A stretch of 64,000 nt of DNA from Macrostomum lignano (Eukaryota), in the NCBI GenBank assembly GCA_002269645.1, contig NIVC01002284.1, positions 124,001 through 188,000 on the forward strand, read 5' to 3'. The position numbers were made by a program, and so were the translations under genes. How positions within the stretch are numbered: position 1 is the stretch's first letter; each line of letters starts with the position of its first letter. The notes below the pieces were generated by a model. The model saw only the letters and a program-made list of their open reading frames with translations, was not told where the DNA came from and ran no database searches. This document shows positions 39,801 to 50,579 of this stretch, in pieces.

Positions 39801-42800
39801 GCCGGCTCAGCGGGCAGGTCATCAGCAAAGCGACCGGTCTGCTTCGACTTCAACAAGGTGTCCGGCTGCCAGCGCAACCCGTGTCGTTTCGCACACAGTT
39901 GTAGGCGCTGCGGCCAGGCGCACTCGGAGGCCTCCTTCCACAGAGCGGAGGGCGGCCAGGCGGCAAAAAACTGATGGACGGGGTTCAGCGGCAGGGGTCT
40001 CTTAACATCGAGTCGCCCGCCCCTGCCGCTGCTTCTGTCGAACCCCAAAAGGAGGGCGACTCAAGCGGGACCCTCTCCACCGACTTGCGCCTTGAAGCCT
40101 GGCGCCTCGAGCTGGCCGACACGGAGATGCCAACGAAGCTCGCGCAGTTCGTTTTGAGCGGTGTGAAGGACGGTTTCCGCATCAGGAACGTCAGTAGTCC
40201 GGTGGACTCTGTCGAGCAGGAGAACTACGGCTCCATCGGTCAGCATCGAGTCGAGGTTCAGGCCCAAGTCCGCCGGGAACTGCAAGCTGGAAGATATCGC
40301 GTTAGCGCCAAGCCGACTATTGTGAGCGCGCTGGGCGCCATTCCGAAGTCCGGGGGCGGCATCCGGCTCATCCATGACTGCAGCCAGCCCCAGGGTCGGG
40401 CCGTCAATGATTTGTTTGCTTGCCAGCAGAAGCTTCGGTTTTCTTCGGCGGCTGCCTTTGCCAGGAAGCTGCGCCAGGACATGTACATGTGTAAAGTCGA
40501 CCTGAGCCAGGCCTACCGGTCTTGCGGCATTCACCCGGACGACCACTGCCTCACCGGTCTGAAGTTCACGTTCGAGGGCGAGGCGGAGCCGACCTACATG
40601 GTGGACACCCGGCTGCCGTTCGGAGCGGCAGCATCCGTGAGCAGCTTTTTCCAGATCAGCAACGCCATTCGGTTTATGATGCTCAAGCGCAGGTTCTTCA
40701 ACTTCGAGGTCTACATGGACGACTTCGGCTTCGCGGGTTCGCTGACTGAGTGCTGGCGCTTTTACAACAAGCTGACGCAGCTGCTGCAGAGCCTGGGCCT
40801 GACTGTCAACTGGAAGAAGTGCGTGCAGCCGACGCAGGAGATGTGCTTCCTGGGCATTCAGTTCAACACGCAGTCGGGGCTGATGAGTCTGCCAGAGACG
40901 AAGGTCGAGGAGCTGCAGGCCTGCCTTGACCTCTGCTGCACAAAGCGGCGGATCTCCAAGCACGAGTTGCAGAAGCTGGTGGGCAGGCTCAACTGGGCCT
41001 GTCAGGTGGTCTGCAACGGCCGGCCGTTTCTGCGAGACCTGATCGACCGCGTCAACGACTTGTCGAGCCCGAAGGATCGGCTGTTGGTGGATGGCCAGTT
41101 CAAGAGCGTCCTGAGCTGGTGGAAAGTTGCTCTGCGGCAGCAGCCAGGTCGCGAGCTCTGGCCTGCTGCCAGGAGGCCGGTTGCCATGGAGACGGACGCC
41201 TGTCTGGTGGGGGCAGCGGCTGTTCTGAGAGATCCGGCTGGTTCTGACTGGTGCTATCTGCAGTGGGAAGTCGACGCTGACAGCGAGTTCAGCGATTGCT
41301 GCATCAACTACAAGGAGGCTGCCGCGGTGCTGCTGGCGTTGCTGCACTGGCGCCGTCAACTGCACAACTGCTGGATCGCTGTCTACTGCGACAATGCTGC
41401 AGCCTGCGCGATTATCAACAAGGGGTCATCCAGGGAGCCCCGGCTGTTGCGGCTGCTGCAGACTGTTGCTCTGCTGTGCCTAAAGCAGAACATTGTGGTC
41501 ACCGCCCACCATGTGCCCGGCCGGTTTCAGCTGTTTGCCGACGCCGCCTCCCGCCTGCATTGCCGGCAGGAGTTGCTGAATTTTCTGTTGCGAGCCTATG
41601 CAACCGCCTCTGTTTGCCCGCATGAATTTGCGGGACATGCGCTTAGCCCTGCCTCCGCCGCCTTTCTTTTTTTACAGGTCGCCTCCCTGGGTCTCTCGAC
41701 GCTGCCGCCGACAAACTGCTCCAGCAGGCCTACGCATCATCGTCCAAGAGGTCGCTGTCATCTGCTGTCCGCTCCTGGCAACGCTTCTGCCGAGAGCGGC
41801 GGCTCGACCCACTCGGCTGTCGGGCGGAGGATCTCGCAAACTACGTCGGCCAGCTCGTGGACGGCCGGCTCAGCTCCTTCGGCAGCGTCCGCGTGCATAT
41901 CAGCGCTCTGTCCGCCAGTTTCCGACTGGCGGGAGTGCCGGACCTGACCAGGCACCCGCTGCTGCACCTGGTTCTGCGGGGAGCCAAGCGCGAGCTGGGG
42001 TCGGAGCCGAGTCGCAAGCTGCCGGTGTCGCCAGACCTTTTGTCGAGACTGCGGCTGCAAGTCGACAGCTCGAATCCTGTGCAGGCGGCCTGCTGGGCTG
42101 CGGTCATGTGCGCTTGGTGGGGGATGTTCAGGAAGTCCAGCCTGCTGCCGCGAGGGCGCGCCGATCCGCCAGTGCTGCGACTGAGTTCGCTGGCAAGATG
42201 CCCCGAAGGCCTGCTTCTGACGTCCAGCTTCGGGAAGACCAACCAGTACGGTCGGACGCATCGCGTGCTGCTGCCAGAGTTGACTTCGGGCCACCCGCTC
42301 TGTCCAGTGGCGGCACTGCGAGGCCACCTGCGCTGCAACCGGCTGAAGCAGCGGCAGCAGGGCCTGTTTTCATTCAGCAGTGGATCGTCCGGTCACGCAT
42401 CTCTGACGTCCCGGAGGCTCGATGTACAGTTCAGGTCGTGGCTCGGCAAGGCGGGAGTGCCGGCGGCCGGGTTTTCTGTGCATAGCCTGCGGCGAGGCGC
42501 CGCCACCTGGGCGGCCCGGTGCGGCCTGTCAGTGCGGGAGATCCAGTGCGTGGGTGACTGGCGCAGCGACGCAGTGAGCGTCTACCTGTCCCGCGATGAC
42601 ACGGCTCTGCGTGCGGCGCGCAAGCTTGCTGTTGCGGCGCTTGACCAAACCTGACGTGTTTCGCGGTTTTTTTGGAAGAAAGGTTTTGGGCTCCTTTTTT
42701 GTTTGCTTGTCCGCTTTTGCTTGCCTCTGCTTGGTCTGCTTTTGCTCTAGTCTGTTTTCTTGCTGCTTTTGGTGTTGGGGGGAGTGCATGGCAGCCTTCC

Positions 42801-45800
42801 CTGTCCTCCTCGCTGTTCCTGCGCCATTTGCTGCTCTTGAGCTTGCTGCGTTCGTCTTCTGGGGTGGGCAGTGGGCACTAATGGCTAGTTTGCGCGGGCT
42901 GCGCTAACTGGCGTTTGTGTACGCTGCCCACCCCTGCCCCTCCCCCGCGGCTTTCCCCCACCCCCGGTGTTTGGGGGGGGGGTTGCGTGGCGGGGGGTTT
43001 TATACCCCGCGGTTGGCTCTTTGGCCTCGCTGTCGCATTGCAATTGAAAAAAAAAATTTTTTTTCGTATCCTGTCACTCTTTTAATCCTGCTTTGATCCG
43101 TTCTAACTGTTGTCAATAATGCTTTAATATTTTCTCGTAATCGGTCTGAAATATACGGGGGGGAGTGCATGGCAGCCTTCCCTGTCCTCCTCGCTGTTCC
43201 TGCGCCATTTGCTGCTCTTGAGCTTGCTGCGTTCGTCTTCTGGGGTGGGCAGTGGGCACTAACCTAACTATATTAATATATTGGTCACTAGTCGACTAAG
43301 CTTACCGGGCACGGTTTGAAGGAAAGCTGTGAAACCTCGTTTCTGGTGGACAACGATAGGAAAAATTTGGACAGCCATAGGCAGCACACTGTTTTCGCGA
43401 TTTTGCGGAAGGCATACTTCACTGCAGCAAAACCAAAAACACCCAAATTCTTTGTGAAAAGACAATGCTGCTGCAAGTCATTCCATTCTATGGTCTAATT
43501 CCATTTGAAGTAAGCTATTGGCTTCATTTCTCGCCCGCTTTTTCTTGAATTGTCTATGGCCTAAGCACTCGAGACCTGTCATATTAAGTCATGTTGAAGT
43601 CATGTTAGAAAAAAATCCATCGTGTTTTTATTCCTTTACTGTTTGTCGAATATGCTGCGTTATTCTTCAATACGCGAAGACGAAATTAGTGGATTGAGCT
43701 CAGATGAGCTCGATTTCATCACGCATCTCGATCCTCGGGACCATGTCGACAGAATCGGTCAATGGACAGGGCTGACGGATGAGCAAGAGAGGCTAATTGA
43801 TGAGGAACTACGCAATCGTACGCCGGAAGATCACGTTGGAAACCTGTTTCGTGAATTGACCGAAGAAGAAGAAGCTGGCCTACATCATGTGGAGCAAGAA
43901 AGTAAACGGAAGTCGACGGTTAAGCAAACTGAATTGCATATTCGCAAACTAAAAGATCCTATCTACGCCTGTTCTTCGTTCAGTTAAAAACAGCTGATGG
44001 AAGCCATATGCTGTAAGTACACTGCCGTATTTTCGCGCATCTGTGCACTGGTATTTATTAGAGAAGCGAAATCTGAAGCTGATTGGCAACGATGCGTTCT
44101 TATCGTTTGATCGAACGTACAAGGCTATGTTGGTCAAATCGCTTCAGCAAAAAAGGCTGTAGGCAGCGGTCCAAAGTACTGTCCAATTGACGACGAAGAC
44201 TTCAACCGCCTACGCCTCTATTTCGATCGTTCGACGCCAACTCGACTGCAATTTGAAGTTCTGTTCAAGATTGTTTATGGCTTTGGTTTTCGCGGCAGGG
44301 AGTGGCTGCGAGAGTTGACTAAGGCCGATATGATAATTTACGATCGTGACGGTGTTCGCTATGTGGACCTGCTGAAGACATCTATCGAAAAAACCGTGTC
44401 TGATAGTAATCCGTCGACATCTAAGAGCATTATCTTAGCCGAGACACCGGATTATCCAGGCTCATGTCCTGTACGGGCGATTGAGTTGTATCTGTCGGTC
44501 ATTCCAGAAGATGTTGCCTGTCTCTGGCCCAAGCCTTTGAATCAAGCCGACAATGACGGTATATGGTACCACAAGACCCTGGTGCTTGGCAAGAATTGGT
44601 TGAACGAGTTTATGAAAAAAACTGTGCGATCAGGCTGGTCTGAGTTGCCGTTCCCACACAAATCATTGCATTCGAGCGTCGGTAGTGTCAAATCTTATCG
44701 AAGATGAAGTCACTAGATCAGACATTCAAGTCGTAACCGGCCACAAAAGAATCGAGAGTGTGGACCTCTACAACAAGAGAATGAAGTTCTCGAAGAAGGT
44801 TGATCTATCAAACACTATTAGTCGTCGACTGGCTGTTCCAGGCCGGTCTGAAACAAGCTTTACCGCATCGAACAGGTCGGTTGTATCGACTGGAGACGTA
44901 ATCGAGAGATCGGCTACCGACTGCTCGACTAGCTCTGTTGTGTCTACTAAGAACTCATTCACGAGATCTGCTACCAACTACTCTATTGCAGTCGGTAGTT
45001 CCCAGAGTGCAAGCTCACTGTTTGGAAATTGCAAGTTTGAAAATTGTACGTTTAACTTTAATCAATCAAACTAAGGTCAGGAGGTATACCGCGTGAGAAA
45101 TCTAAAAACTGTCAATGGACTATATCTCTAATTTTTATCTCATGTTAATGTTAATATCTCATGTTAATGCTAATATACCTTTTTGCAATCTAGTTTGCCA
45201 AAACCGCAATCAATTTTGCCCACTAAGAGAATTTACTTGTATATTTCTAATATCTTGGCTTAACCTGCCCATTCATTGCCATAGTTTGAACCATAGACAA
45301 ATCCTTGAAACTGCATTCAATTTTGCCAAAACTGCGATCAAGTTTGCCCATAGTAAAAAGCAAGCACCGCAGACAAACATAGAAGCGCAAGAATGGCTCA
45401 GTGCGGATCTTATAACAAGATTTCTACGAAGGACCGGCAGCGCTTAATTCAAGCATTTCAGAACGGAGAGGACTGGCAAGATTTCGGTAGACTTTTGGGC
45501 ATCGCACGAAGAACCGTGACCTATATCGTTGGGCGATTTATTGCAAGTGGTCGCATTGATCCTCTTCCTCGCGGAGGTGCCAAACGGAAGTCACTCAGCG
45601 ATGCTATGGTGGAGAGAATATGTAGCTATGTCCAAAGTAATCATCGAATTAATTGTGCATGCAGTGTGTCAGCTCATTCCCTGTTAGTTTTAGTTATTCG
45701 TTCTCAAATAAATTCGTTTCGGGCAAACTTGATCGCAGTTTTGGCAAAATTGAATGCAGTTTCAAGGATTTGTCTATGGTTCAAACTATGGCACTGAATG

Positions 45801-48059
45801 GGCAGGCTGAGCCAAGATATTAGAAATATACAAGTAAATTCTCTCCGTGGGCAAAATTGATTGCAGTTTTGGCAAACTAGATTGCAAAAAGGTATATTAG
45901 CTCAAAATATACACAGTTTCTTTGTGCCCACTTGGGGCCATAGACAACTTTTGCTGGCGGGCAGACATCGCTTTCACCCTCGTTTCGGCAGGCTTAGGAC
46001 TGCTACAATGTAACGATATATACCGATTTTTTAGCGGCTTCAGCTTACGCAATTGCTGCCGAAAAAAATCGGTATATGTCATTATTGTACCCTTTTGACT
46101 TCCCTTGTCTATGGCCCAGACATAGTGCGGATGCTGAGTATGAAATGCGATTGTTGCCGGAATGCGCTTTGAAAGGGTTGTAGAGATAATCAATCGTCTA
46201 TGGCAAATTTAGTTGCTCTCTAAATGAAAGGGTTGTAGAGATAATTAATCGTTTATGGCAAATTTAAAGGACAGTGAAGACAGCTAGCCTGGCTGCCATG
46301 AGTTAATTCTCAAGTTGATTTTGAGCTTGAATTAATTCTCCTATTCGGAGTGCAAATAGGAAAAGTAGCTATGATTCGCTACGCAAACATTCCTGGCGGA
46401 GAAATATGTGGACTCTCCACGGACGAGTTGGCTTTTGTCACCCGAGAGTCGAGCACGCGCTACGTTCTGGAGATGGACAACCTGGATGCGTCGTCCAGTT
46501 CCAACGGGCTGCCTGAGCTAGGTAGCGAAGATCTGGAAATTGACGACGATGCGGAATCCACCATCGAAAGTGTGACAACTGGGTCTGATAGAGGCGAGCT
46601 GATGAAAGCACCCGAGGGCGGCCAAGACCTGCCGAGAAGCCTCTGTGGTGGTCAGTTCCACAACTGCACATTCAACTTTTACGGAAAGTAAAACAATTGA
46701 TTCGATCGGTTTGTTCTTAAGAACTTTTTGTGACTATGAAACACTTTCGCCGTGTTGCTATTGTTGTTCCTTGTTTTGATAGCCAAATACATTCGTCTGA
46801 AATCCGGCAACAATCGAAAAAAGCCGACAAACAATTAAATTGTTACCGCAAGTATGAATGCCGGAAACCATAGACAAAAGGGAACAATATTATTTGCATG
46901 AAAACTTGTGTGCGATTTGTGTTGTATTTTTCTGAGTTGCTTGAGTCAAATGGAAATGGAATCGAAGATGAGAAGCTTTCTTATGTTGCAGGCTGGTTGC
47001 TACGCAGACATCTGACTTCTTGTTTGGATGCTCCATGCGGCGAATGCACGTCAGAATTGCAGACTGCTGATAATACCTGCAGACTCTTCATCAATTTGAA
47101 GAGCATAATAATTCAGGTGGTTATGTGCTACACATTTGAGTTAATAGTCTATGGCTACTTATGTTTCTTCACCGGATTAGTAGTTTGTACGTATATCTAT
47201 TTCTACGCAGTTAATTTCATAAAAATCGCAGATTGAGCATTCTGGGTAAGTTCTGTGCAGACACTGATGAGCACAAAGCTCAGGTCAGAGACATCACACA
47301 GACACTGATGAGCACAAAGCTCAGGTCAGAGACATCACACAGACACTGATGAGCACAAAGCTCAGGTCAGAGACATCACACAGACACTGATGAGCACAAA
47401 GCTCAGGTCAGAGGCATCACACAGACACTGATGAGCACACAGCTCAAGTCAAAGACATCACACAGACACTGATGAGCACACAGCTCAGGTCAAGAGACAT
47501 CACACAGACACTGATGAGCACACAGCTCATGTCAGAGACATCACACAGACACTGATGAGCACACAGCTCAAGTCAAAGACATCACACAGACACTGATGAG
47601 CACAGTTTAGGCTAAGGCCACCGGCCACACAGCCCCAGCCAGAGCCGTCCCACTCACCCCAGTGTGCCCGTCAGCCAGGTCAACTCGCCAATCCCGGCCG
47701 CAGAGGGTGATCGGCTTTCGCCTAAATCCGCGGCGCCGAATGCCGCTGAGCAGCTCTTCGAGCTCCCACTTGGCCGGCTCCGGTTCAACGCCCAGGGACG
47801 CCAGCAGTCGCAGGTCCGAAAGCTCTACGATGACGCCGGCGCTGCAGAGTCCGGTACCGACCAGGATGACGGCCAGGTAGTCGGGCCAGTCCCAAAGACC
47901 CACCGGGGCCCGGGACCGCTCGGCCAGGGTGGCCACATCGCAGCGCCAGTACGGCAGCTGACGGCGCCGCTCCTCCGCCACTGCGGCCGCCGTGGCGCCG
48001 CCTGCGGCTGCGGCTTCCGCCACGCGAATCCGATTTAGCAGAAACTGGTCCACGTTCAT
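18868..48059 (-). CDS. Profilin-like protein, 187 aa; exon 1 48059-47658, exon 2 19029-18868, intron 28,628 bp
   Basis: Exon 1 WPDYLAVILVGTGLCSAGVI...ITLCGRDWRVDLADG is the profilin N-half; exon 2 GFTAARSRSKLIIGW...CNLAVCNLADFF is the C-half; GTGAGT donor and CAG acceptor both phase 0; same minisatellite at both intron ends. Confidence 0.75.
19086..19371. mobile_element. hAT-type MITE, 286 bp
   Basis: 15-bp TIR CAGGTGCGTCGCCAT / ATGGCGACGCCCCTG (14/15 match); 8-bp TSD ACAGAGAC. Confidence 0.85.
19372..19633. repeat. 42-bp minisatellite (left half of an interrupted array)
   Basis: Unit GACACTGCTGAGCACACAGCTCAGGTCAAGAGGCATCACACA. Confidence 0.9.
20690..22310. repeat. 23-bp Helitron-internal satellite (unit 1)
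   Basis: (CCACCATGTCAAACATTAAAGAG)n. Confidence 0.95.
22378..23130. repeat. 18-bp Helitron-internal minisatellite (also 34305-34940 and 38430-38850)
   Basis: (GGGGGATGCTTGCTATCT)n. Confidence 0.95.
23846..25110. repeat. 21-bp minisatellite inside Helitron unit 2
   Basis: (GAGATTTCAAGGCTTACTGGGGGAATT-like)n, 7-aa periodicity in the ORF track. Confidence 0.9.
26000..34245. repeat. 23-bp satellite, 8.2 kb, with kb-scale higher-order repeats (unit 3)
   Basis: Identical ORFs recur at 4135-4136 bp spacing (27654/31790, 28139/32274, 28691/32826). Confidence 0.95.
35640..38345. repeat. 23-bp satellite (unit 4), more diverged monomers
   Basis: Direct reading. Confidence 0.9.
39974..41947 (+). CDS. 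pol: Reverse transcriptase / RNase H of the Ngaro element
   Basis: IRLIHDCS, KVDLSQAY, RLPFG, YMDDF, FLGI; RH motifs METDAC, YKEAAAV, YCDN, ADAASR; uninterrupted 657 aa. Confidence 0.93.
   Translation: MDGVQRQGSLNIESPAPAAASVEPQKEGDSSGTLSTDLRLEAWRLELADTEMPTKLAQFVLSGVKDGFRIRNVSSPVDSVEQENYGSIGQHRVEVQAQVRRELQAGRYRVSAKPTIVSALGAIPKSGGGIRLIHDCSQPQGRAVNDLFACQQKLRFSSAAAFARKLRQDMYMCKVDLSQAYRSCGIHPDDHCLTGLKFTFEGEAEPTYMVDTRLPFGAAASVSSFFQISNAIRFMMLKRRFFNFEVYMDDFGFAGSLTECWRFYNKLTQLLQSLGLTVNWKKCVQPTQEMCFLGIQFNTQSGLMSLPETKVEELQACLDLCCTKRRISKHELQKLVGRLNWACQVVCNGRPFLRDLIDRVNDLSSPKDRLLVDGQFKSVLSWWKVALRQQPGRELWPAARRPVAMETDACLVGAAAVLRDPAGSDWCYLQWEVDADSEFSDCCINYKEAAAVLLALLHWRRQLHNCWIAVYCDNAAACAIINKGSSREPRLLRLLQTVALLCLKQNIVVTAHHVPGRFQLFADAASRLHCRQELLNFLLRAYATASVCPHEFAGHALSPASAAFLFLQVASLGLSTLPPTNCSSRPTHHRPRGRCHLLSAPGNASAESGGSTHSAVGRRISQTTSASSWTAGSAPSAASACISALCPPVSDWRECRT
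41678..42654 (+). CDS. Tyrosine recombinase of the Ngaro element
   Basis: Frame open from 41647; AYASSSKR..., GMFRKSSL, KTNQ, HSLRRGAATW, GDWRSDAVSVYL (R-K-HxxR-W-Y). Confidence 0.9.
43306..43415 (-). CDS. THAP domain first exon
   Basis: MPSAKSRKQCAAYGCPNFSYRCPPETRFHSFPSNRA followed by a GTAAGC donor; not in the ORF track. Confidence 0.7.
43652..45074 (+). pseudogene. Crypton-type tyrosine recombinase (DUF3504/ZMYM-related), several frameshifts; candidate element 43550-46116
   Basis: LFFVQLKTADG, FGFRGREWLREL, CPVRAIELYL, LGKNWL, HTNHCIRAS, VTGHKRIESVDLY; FENCTFNF tail. Confidence 0.8.
45169..45901 (+). mobile_element. Internally deleted Tc1/IS630-like element
   Basis: About 180-bp TIRs (TA-CCTTTTTGCAATCTAGTTTGCC...); internal ORF 45393+ with a paired-type HTH (LLGIARRTV..IVGRF...PLPRGG); no DDE domain. 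Confidence 0.8.
46350..46691 (+). other. Acidic ORF ending GGQFHNCTFNFYGK, a Crypton-like C-terminal tail fragment
   Basis: Same NCTFNF tail motif as the Crypton at 45040-45074. Confidence 0.4.
46930..47130 (+). pseudogene. C-terminal remnant of a P-like transposase
   Basis: LSYVAGWLLRR...CGECTSEL...FINLKS resembles the P/THAP9 C-terminal L-Y-I-A-G-Y..CxxC pattern; abuts the right TIR. Confidence 0.55.
47258..47605. repeat. 41-bp minisatellite (right half of the interrupted array)
   Basis: Continues in register from 19633 after the TSD. Confidence 0.9.
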
Positions 48060-48079
48060 TGCTGCGGAATTGGGTTCCG

Positions 48080-48083
48080 TCTG

Positions 48084-48116
<33 letters not shown>

Positions 48117-48123
48117 GCCTGCC

Positions 48124-48190
<67 letters not shown>

Positions 48191-48219
48191 GTGTCTGTCT
48201 GTCTATCTGTCTGTCTGTC
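48080..48219. repeat. (GTCT)n microsatellite upstream of the profilin ATG
   Basis: Direct reading. Confidence 0.95.
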
Positions 48220-49230
48220 TTGCAGCAGCTCAAGAAGTTCAGCTCTTACCTTTCCGGCTGCTCAAACGCGTGCTGAAGCTCCACAACTTTGTTAAAACAA
48301 AGTTAAAACAACTTTGATGACAACAAAAACCCAAGGCAAGAAGATGCTAGTATACGAGTTATAGCACAGAGTGTTAGCTAACGCATCTGTTTTATATACA
48401 AACTTAACGCTCTGGTTGGACTGAAAACATGGCAGCGAACTGTACCGAGAGCTGCAGCTCTGTACTTGCAGGTGAGGCGGGGCAGGGGGTGCCAAGATGA
48501 AGAAGCGAGTCTGGACTGAGCTGAGCCAGCTGCTCTTTTAGAGACCTCTTCAGCTGCTTGAAAAGAAGGCTTGCTATGCACTTGGCTTTTCTATTTATAA
48601 AGGCTTCTAAATAATAAAGCGGGGACCGTGGGGGCAGAGAGTTGCGCCAGAGTCAGAAATAGTTGCCATGACACCCACAGGGCAGTCCGTGAGCGCAGCC
48701 AAGAGAGATAAGAGTTGCGTCTTTGCTTGACTTTTTTGCGCAGTCGGACCGCCACTTTCTGTGTGTTTGGCCGGTGAAGTTGAGACGCAAGCGAAGGAAG
48801 TGGCGCAGCAAGGCTACTTTCAAGTCTATTTAACGGCACGAACTCTGTCCGTGTTACTTGTAGTAGTGCGTATGTGCATGAAAGCTATCAAATTTGATAG
48901 AGAGTATTTGTTTGAACAAGCGGAGCGCTTATTTCTTTAGTGCTCAACTTTGCCCGAGCGATCCGCGGCTTCCCCCACCTGAGATGCATGTAAAAATTGG
49001 CCTTCAATCACGTTTGCATGGTTAGGTAGTTCAGTGACTGCTCAGGTGAGCGGGTCAGTTGCTGGTGTGATTGGCTTTTTCAATAAGAGAAAATATATCG
49101 AAAAAGCATGCATTATTATGCTATTTTTGTCCTATACCTGTGATATTATAAACATAAAATTTATATCTAGGTTACTGTTTTACTAAACATTATTGGACTC
49201 AAGTATTGCGACTAAAATCTCATATGAGTA

Positions 49231-49365
49231 AAATCCCGTATGACTCAAATTCCATATGACTCAAATTCCATATGACTCAAATTCCATATGACTCAAATTC
49301 CATATGACTCAAATTCCATATGACTCAAATTCCATATGACTCAAATTCCATATGACTCAAATCCC
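49231..49365. repeat. 16-bp tandem repeat, about 8 copies
   Basis: (TGACTCAAATTCCATA)n. Confidence 0.9.
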
Positions 49366-50579
49366 ATATCTAGTCGAGCAGCAATGAGAAGACGTATTAC
49401 GAAGGAGGCAGATAAGAGGCAGAGAAGAGGGCCCACTGTGACGTTCTTCAGGTATTCGAGAGTGACATGTTCGAGTGACAATTTTGACAGTGAAATATTT
49501 GACATATTCGAGAGTGACATTTTCAACAGATGTCGATTTCAGTCGGGAGGATAGTTCTCAATCACAGCGACCTCAACAGCCGCTTATAAGCGTGTGCGAG
49601 CAAGTTGCTCAGGTGCGATGGATTAAAATGACGGGCTAAACTAGTCTGTGGCCCAGCCCACTGAAGTGAAGTGAGCTAAAGTGAAGCTGTGCTCAGTCCA
49701 GCGAGCTCAAATTCCAGCACTCGAGCTCAGCTGCAAAATTCTACAACAGAAATCGATCGACAACATGCCCAGCTGCTTCCAGGGAATCTGGAGTCGCATC
49801 CACAGGCGCTTCATGCCCAGGTGGTACCGCGCAGAGGAGAAGCGAAAGGACGCGGTTTGGGAAAAGTTTCTGCGGCTGCAAATCGAAGTTCAGAGAAGAA
49901 TTAAAGAGCAGCTTGAGTGGCAGATGCTTTGAGATAGCCTTAAGCCCGTTCGTGGACGGCGACGTCCCCGATGTGGAGGCCGAGGAGTTTGAGCGGCGGC
50001 GGATGGAGACAGCCTTATGGAACGAGCTCCCATAGATCGTATATTCCCTAGATGGGCCGCTCACTATTCAAACTGCTGTGACTAAGCCAAGCCAAGTACC
50101 CTCATATCACCCCATAGACAATAAATATGCCTCCCGTCGTACTAAAGGGTCTAAGGGGTCTTTTGCGGTCTAAAGGGAGCAAGCAATGGTATATTCTTCC
50201 GGCGCTCGCGTGTTATTCCATTATCATGCACCCCGACTGCAGATGAGTGCATTGACTAGCGTTTCCCTATAGGCTAGCAGTCTATGGTCAAGAAAGACAA
50301 TAACACGCAGTCTCGTAAGAAGTCTCTTTGGCCATAGACAATTTGAACAGAACAGTCATTTAAGCGAGCATCAGTAAGAACTGTTTGCTGCGAGATATAA
50401 AGCTTGGGCAAATGCTACTTGAGTATGCAGAACTAAATTAATTAAAAGCCAGACATGTCTACATCTACTAAACTTCTACCGCCGTTACTTAACTACAACA
50501 CTCTGCCGACGGATGAGATTAGTGGCGTCAGTGATGTAGAGTTAGACGTAATTACGAGACTTTCGTCGAACGGCGATGA

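Larger units (their letters stand above)
20062..39974 (+). pseudogene. gag: gag of the Ngaro element (SAP domain + C-terminal CCCH knuckle), split into 20062-20103 and 38985-39974
   Basis: MSHDSLTVRELRMA + LRAKGLQTVGNKRTLLERLL rejoin in frame into a SAP motif; CFDFNKVSGCQRNPCRFAHSCRRCGQAH at the C-terminus. Confidence 0.85.
19870..43262 (+). mobile_element. Ngaro-type tyrosine-recombinase (DIRS order) retrotransposon, about 4.5 kb once the Helitron insert is removed
   Basis: Split direct repeats A1 19870-20048, B1 42777-42881, A2 42882-43062, B2 43157-43262; gag, RT/RH and YR ORFs; no methyltransferase domain seen; no TSD. Confidence 0.9.
19634..47257. mobile_element. 27.6-kb composite TIR DNA transposon, P-superfamily-like
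   Basis: About 125-bp TIRs (19634-19755 / 47131-47257) starting CACAGAACTTACCCAGAATGCTC; 7-bp TSD CAGACAC; internal THAP exon and P-transposase C-terminal remnant. Confidence 0.8.

Noticed and set aside
40061-41365. 434-aa antisense ORF over the RT
   Set aside because: Expected from GC-rich codon usage on the opposite strand; no recognisable motifs.
49681-50064. Short ORF fragments (MPSCFQGIW...) upstream of Crypton 2
   Set aside because: No recognisable domain or consistent exon structure.
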